Source: a virus. Taken from it: DNA of 64,000 nucleotides. Positions 58,491 through 64,000 of this stretch are shown piece by piece. Numbering within the stretch: position 1 is the stretch's first letter; every line of letters starts with the position of its first letter. Below the pieces are notes generated by a model. That model was not told the DNA's origin. It did not search any database and was given only the letters and a program-made list of their open reading frames with translations. The stretch spans positions 48,230-112,229 of IMG/VR virus record IMGVR_UViG_3300048883_000431; one strand, written 5' to 3'. The position numbers and the translations under genes are program-made.

Positions 58491-59177
58491 TCACGCGCTC
58501 TCGAATTGGTCTACAGCCGCGTTGAGCTGAACATCCAAATCCTGAGCGTTGGCGAACGTAGCGCCCGCGTCAGATAAGATGTTCTTGATGACACGCCACA
58601 GGGAGTCCCCGTGAGGGCCTTCCCTGAAGGAATCAGTGTCGTCTACATCCCCGGTAAGGCTGCCCATAACGTAGGGAGCCTTACTGCTGCTGCCCAGACC
58701 CGTGATAACGCTGAAGCCCCGTACAGAGGCCTCCTTCAGGGTGATAGTCACACCCCAGGGCGCGTCATTGCCTGCCGACACCGCCTGCAACAAGCGCACG
58801 TAGCCGCGTCGCAGGTTCCTGGATTCAGGGCCACGTCGCGTGTACGACATTACCCTGTCACCGGTCGAGCCGTTGCTCGCCGCGCCGATAGGAACCGTCA
58901 CGGTGAGCTCGTCCGCAGTGATGGTGATGACGGTCTTTTTCAGACCAGGCTCCACCATAGCGTTGCGCACGCGCTCAATCAGGCCGCTAGGGACATCCGC
59001 CGGTAGCGAATCCGTCACGTCCGCCTTGATAGCGGCCGCAGCGGTCTCCTTGGCCTCCTTGCCCTGCCTTGCCTTGGCCTCCGATACCTTGGACGCGACG
59101 GCGGATTTAGCCTCCGCCAGCTCGTCCTGGTCCATCTCAGCCATGAGCGCAGCAAGCCGTTCCTGTTTCGTAGCCAT
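58491..59177 (-). CDS. 228-aa hypothetical protein with N-terminal coiled coil
   Basis: GGAGGGG RBS before ATG at 59177 (MATKQERL...). Confidence 0.65.
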   Translation of the reverse strand: MATKQERLAALMAEMDQDELAEAKSAVASKVSEAKARQGKEAKETAAAAIKADVTDSLPADVPSGLIERVRNAMVEPGLKKTVITITADELTVTVPIGAASNGSTGDRVMSYTRRGPESRNLRRGYVRLLQAVSAGNDAPWGVTITLKEASVRGFSVITGLGSSSKAPYVMGSLTGDVDDTDSFREGPHGDSLWRVIKNILSDAGATFANAQDLDVQLNAAVDQFESA

Positions 59178-59893
59178 TATTGTACCCCTCCAGATAAGGC
59201 TGCCGTTGGAGTCGCACCAACCGCCTGGAGACCATCCCCAGACGCCACTAGGGGCGGCCATAGGGAGGGATACTGTAGCATACGATTCACGTATAGCATG
59301 TGGGCTGCATATAGCAGCATACTGCAACAGATTGCCAGACAGTGCAGTGTAAGTTAGCCATAGGCGCATTACGCGCACAGAGGCTGATCAGATAATAGAC
59401 GTCTCCGGATGTGGGTCGCGCGCCTAATGCGCGCCACCTTCACCTGACTATACGCACGGTCCGTGCCAAGTACGCACCCCGAACGTCCCGGCAAGGTGTA
59501 ATAAATATTCACGACATCACTCCGTAGTTGCGGATGGCACGCCGTCAAGCCGCGCGGCCAGGCGCATACGCGTATCAACTACACCAGTTGAATTCACATG
59601 TCTCCAGAGTGGGCGCCACGCGCCGTATGCAAGGATTGTGCCTAGAATTAATCGCGGGGAGAAATACGCGCGCAACAGAATTGTAACGGCTAAACCAGCG
59701 TATTCGAGGGCAATATCGGGGAAGGTGTTCAAATATCGTCTTTGGATTGCGCACAGAGGTCAAATATCGTCTTATACTTGGGGCCGACTAACGCCTTCCA
59801 GTTACATGTAAATCTCCTTCCCTCGCCGTGATTCACGAAACAAATATACCGCCGGGATATATTCCACGTAACTACCAGGACAGTGGTTCGGGT

Positions 59894-61205
59894 ACACAAA
59901 CTAGTTGCGCCCACATAGGGGATGGAAAGTATTTCGGGGTGACATATCAGTGTACACACGGGGACGCGGACTTTATTTTCGCTTGACAAATTAGTCGCCG
60001 GTGTATGGAGGGCGTACTATATTTCGGACCAACACACTTGTTGCGCGCGCGATGATAGTAACTGACGTGTTGCGGGAAGAAAGTATTTGCCGTCAACAAA
60101 TTAGTCGCGGATGTATGGGACGGTCCCATCCGAAAACGCACGGGAGTTTTCGCCCAACTAGTCTGTGTACAGCGTGGACTTATTTTCGGACCAACACACT
60201 AGTCGCGGGAGGAAAGTATTTCGGCTCAACAAATTTGTCGAGGGCCCACGATAATTTAGGAACACACACTTGTCGCGCGGGGAAAGTATTTTGACACAAC
60301 ACACTAGTTTCGCTGACGGAATCGGCGCTAAGGAGTTTTTTCATGTAACTCGGTAGATACTAGGTTCGGGGAAATATTCATATCCACTGGGCAGTTGACA
60401 GGGGACTTATTTTCACACCAACACACTAGTCGGCCCATGACTGCTGTGTTGCATCAAAATCTCCGGCAGTAGTAACGCGAGTTTCATATCACGTATTAGT
60501 TGCGTACCCGGAAAGTATTTCACGTCAACACACTAGTCGCGCCATCTGGAGGGACGGACAACAATGTAAAGTAAAAATCTCCGGCAGTAGAGATTCGTGT
60601 TTACGTACACACACTAGTTGCGTACGCTATGATAAACTGCCGTGTTGCGCCATTGGACTTATTTAGGACCCAACAAATTAGTCGCGGATGTACCCGGAAG
60701 TAACTGCCGAAAAACGACGGGAGTTTCCGCGCAACTAACGTGTTGGTATAGCGATAGGCATTCCGTGATAACATAGCAGTTGCGTACCCGGAAAGTATTT
60801 AGGGCCAACACACTAGTCGCGCCGTATGGAGGCATGGACAATTATGTCGACCCCATAATTTAGTTGCGCCCGTGATATTTAGCCTTCACCGGCGTGTTGC
60901 GTACACGGACTAATATGTCACGCAACTGGCTACGGTCTGGGCGGGCCATGGTACCGATTGTATTCAAGAGCAACACACTAGTTGGCCCAGAGTGCGAGCT
61001 CAACTCCTAAGTCAGGTAAAAATTTTAGCGCGCCTGGTGATAGTTCGCGCAACCGGGGTGTGTACACAACAAGCGTGTGAGTCGAAAAATTAGTCCGGGT
61101 CCGGCCGGGACGGACGAGACGGGCACCGGGATCGAATTCTCACTCAGCATATTAGTTGGCCTTGAAGTGGCCGTGATAGTATTTCGGCTTAACATACTAG
61201 TTTGG
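59894..61205. repeat. AT-rich non-coding array of degenerate ~32-bp repeats, block 1
   Basis: Consensus GGA(AAG/CT)TATTT-N5/6-CAACA(C/A)A(C/T)TAGT(C/T)GCG; roughly 18 full or partial copies, two inverted. Confidence 0.85.
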
Positions 61206-61321
61206 GCGCTACGCTGGGGGCCCGTGCTGGGATCGAGGCGTATGCGGCAAGGGTATGGGACGGGCGTACATGACGACGCCCACCGGGCGTATGGTGGGCG
61301 CGTCCGTATGGGGTGTGTCGT

Positions 61322-61716
61322 CTAGTAGTCGGCGCGTGGTCGGTCGGCCAACGCTTCCGACTCGGGGTGTACTTCGGTTGCGCTGCTGCCGCTGGTGCGG
61401 CGCGTCGGGTCCGGTATGCTGGCGAGTATCGCCTGGTGCTCGGCCTCGGCTTGCGCTTTGATTGCCGCCATAACGTACCCGGCCCGGAAGGCATCCATGA
61501 TGGCCCGACCCCGTGCGCAATCATCGGCGGGCGCACGTTCCCAGCCCACATACCGTGCCCAGGAATCGTACTCCCCGTCGGCGTTGGCCCACAGCCACCG
61601 TGCGCCGTGCTTGTCGGCCTTGCCTGCGGCGTCGCCAGCGTTGAGCGCTCCCTGAATGTCGCCTGCCGTTATGCCGTCTCGCGCCATGATCTTGTCGAGT
61701 ACTGTTGCACGTTCCA
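61322..61716 (-). CDS. hypothetical protein
   Basis: AAAGGA RBS before MERATVL... Confidence 0.5.
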
Positions 61717-61771
61717 TTGTTGGTCCTTTGGGCATGGCCGCGCCCGGATGCGCGGCCGTTGTGTGTTGCGC

Positions 61772-62164
61772 TTACGCGCCGCTCCAGCATCCGCCTTCGT
61801 CCGGGTCCGGTCGGTAAGATGCCATTGTATGGCCCAATTCCTCGACGACTTCCTCCAATTCGGCCGCGCCCGCAACATCGCCACCGTAACGAAGCATCAC
61901 AGCCGCGTTGCCATAACCTTCGATGGCCTCCTGGAGGCCCGCCGTTGCAGCGTTCATATACGCCACCACGGAAGGCCAATTGTGCGCCATCGTATCGGAG
62001 ACTTCAATGACGCAAGTGATGCCTTGCGCCTCCAGCGCGGCGGCCTGGTGCGCGGCCGCTTCGTAACTTGCCGCCCGTACCGTTACGGTCATCCCGTTAC
62101 CCTCCAAGTTGTCACCGTACCATCGAACCGGACTGTAGGATACCATATCCACCGGCCCACGCAA
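61772..62164 (-). CDS. hypothetical protein (true start probably near 62092)
   Basis: GGAGG RBS before MTVTVRAAS; similar in pattern to 62840-63166. Confidence 0.5.
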   Translation of the reverse strand: MRGPVDMVSYSPVRWYGDNLEGNGMTVTVRAASYEAAAHQAAALEAQGITCVIEVSDTMAHNWPSVVAYMNAATAGLQEAIEGYGNAAVMLRYGGDVAGAAELEEVVEELGHTMASYRPDPDEGGCWSGA

Positions 62165-62261
62165 GGCCGCGCGATATTACCCACGCAACTGCTTGTTGCG
62201 GGCGAGTTTGGCGTAACCCAGCAGTTGCGCCGGGGACATATCTAAAGACGGTAACGCGGTG

Positions 62262-62710
62262 ATAATATCAACACACTAGTTGCGCTCGAAGTGTCTCTAT
62301 CACACAACAAACTAGTTGCGCGGTATGGACGGGGACGATATATAATAATGAGTAGCGTTAGATCATATCAACAAATTAGTTGCGCTCGGGCTTGTGTTTT
62401 CCAGTAACACACTAGTCGCGCGGTATGGAATGGTTGACATCATGGTGATCTCGTAAATTAGTCTGCCGGGATATATTTCATATCTCACACATTAGTTGCG
62501 GGCCGAAAGTATTTCCACACCACACACTTGTCGCGCCCATGTCCGGGTGTAACTCCTATGCTCATGGAAAAAAATAGCAGCGCTCGTGATAACGGGCTTA
62601 ACTGGCGTGTTGTGTACACTGCTGTGTAAGGTGAAAAATTAGTCGGCGTCCGGGCCGGGGCACGCGCCGGGGGTGCGGGACGAGGGTCTCACACAACACA
62701 CTGGTTGCGC
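62262..62710. repeat. AT-rich repeat array, block 2
   Basis: About 8 more copies of CAACA(C/A)A(C/T)TAGT(C/T)GCG. Confidence 0.85.
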
Positions 62711-62839
62711 CCCCCGCTCTATTTCGGTGTAACAAAAAAGTGGAACGCTACGACTACGGCCACGTCCGGAGGGGACGGGCGGGGCAGGAGGCGTACGTGG
62801 AAAGGAGCCGCCCGTATGCGGCTCCGTGTGTGTGCTGCT

Positions 62840-63724
62840 CTACCGGATTGTGTGTCGGTCGGTGACATCTCGGATGATGTCGTATGCCGCCCTTGCGCTG
62901 GTCTCCGCTGTGGCGCGGGCGTCCTCGCGCCCGGTCAGGCGGGCGGTGTCGGCCCACCGGATGCAAGCCACACGTGCAGCGTTCAGCGTGTCCACGGCGG
63001 CCGCCGCTGCCTTGCGGTAGTCGGCATCAATGTCGGCGGCTTCCGCATTGGTGACTACGACGTCACACTCAATGCCGACGTCCTGGAGGTGTGCGTAGGC
63101 TGCCTCCGCCTGGTGACGGTCACCGCATCGGATTAGTACGCGCGTTACGTTGCTTGGGCGTTCCATTGTGCTGCCTTAGTGTGGGGCAGCCCGGATGCCG
63201 CCCCGTGTGTTGCGTTGCGTTTACGCGTAGCGCCCGTCGAGCATCGAGCACGCCACGTACGACGCTGTCCAGGCCCGTATCCACCGGGTCCGACGGTCGC
63301 CCTGGCAGGCGGGGTCCGTGAAGCGTATGGCGTGCTCGACCACGTCATCGTGCTGTTGCGGGTCCTGCTCGTTGGCCCGGTCGGAGCGGTACGTTCGTAC
63401 CGCGTCTCCGGCCGCTAGAGACTCTACCGTCCACTTTCGCTGCATTGCCGTTGCCTCCAGTGTGCGGCGGCCCGGATGCCGCCGCGTGCGTTGCGTTGCG
63501 TGTGTGTGCTACGCGTTGCGTTCCATGTAGTCTGTCCACGCCTTGAATACGTCGGCCATGGCACGCGCCGCGCCGTCGGCGTCGTGCAGCGTCATGCGTA
63601 ATGAGACGGCCTGTAGTAGGGGAAAGATGGTGGAGGCCATCCTCCGCGTGGCCGCCTTGGCCTCGTCGCTGCGTACCATGCACTCCAGTGTGCCGTCCGG
63701 GTCGGTGTACTTGTCAAGGTGCAT
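62840..63724 (-). other. three small genes (62840-63166, 63221-63445, 63509-63724), each preceded by a family A hairpin
   Basis: TAAGG/TGGAGG/TGGAG RBSs and a uniform cassette layout. Confidence 0.6.
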
Positions 63725-64000
63725 TGCGTTGCTCCAGTGTGGCGCGGCCCGTATGCCGCGCCGTGTGTTGCCGTTGCCTACAGGTGGTCGATGATGGCCC
63801 GAATGTCGCAGGCCAATTCCAGGGCGTGTTCTCCGGCGCAAGGCGCATTGCCTTGCGTGTACTCCGGCGCGGCCGTCTCCAGCCTTGCGGCGGCCTTGCG
63901 CAAGCACCGCGCGGCCATCGCCATCGCCTTGTCGGCCCGTTGAACGTGGTACACACGCTCCAGCCGGACGGACGTTGCAACGGCGTCGTCAAAGACGCGG

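Larger units (their letters stand above)
61736..63762 (-). repeat. five intergenic 8-bp hairpins with conserved AU(C/A)CGG loop (family A)
   Basis: At 61736-61757, 62804-62825, 63183-63204, 63464-63485 and 63741-63762; stems covary. Confidence 0.85.

Noticed and set aside
59369-60841. Short ORFs called inside the repeat region
   Set aside because: No convincing RBSs, atypical composition, and they translate the repeat motif
59894-62710. CRISPR array
   Set aside because: Repeats are degenerate, some are inverted, spacing is irregular, the intervening sequences are themselves repetitive, and no cas genes are present

Overview
GC-rich segment of a large tailed (siphovirus-like) phage genome; no integrase, capsid, terminase or host housekeeping genes are seen, and the host cannot be named from the sequence. 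1-15.8 kb (+): end of the tail operon (tape-measure C-terminus, a distal-tail/Dit gene split in two by a tail-fibre cassette, a Tal-like protein, a double GT9 glycosyltransferase). 15.7-25.8 kb (-): a 12-gene glycan tailoring cluster (glycosyl-, methyl- and three sulfotransferases). 25.8-43.5 kb (mostly -): DNA metabolism and transcription genes (two sigma70-type factors, two DNA methyltransferases, Bet/RecT, Gp157, MazG, RusA-like, beta clamp plus a clamp-like paralogue, RuvB, dual-specificity phosphatase). 43.5-64 kb (-): many small early-type genes, a MoxR/VWA pair, sigma70-consensus promoters, two families of intergenic hairpins and an AT-rich array of about 25 degenerate repeats. The top finding is a 76-nt mini-tmRNA (48865-48940, -) made only of an intact alanine tRNA-like domain with no tag reading frame. 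All protein calls come from motif recognition by eye, not from database searches.
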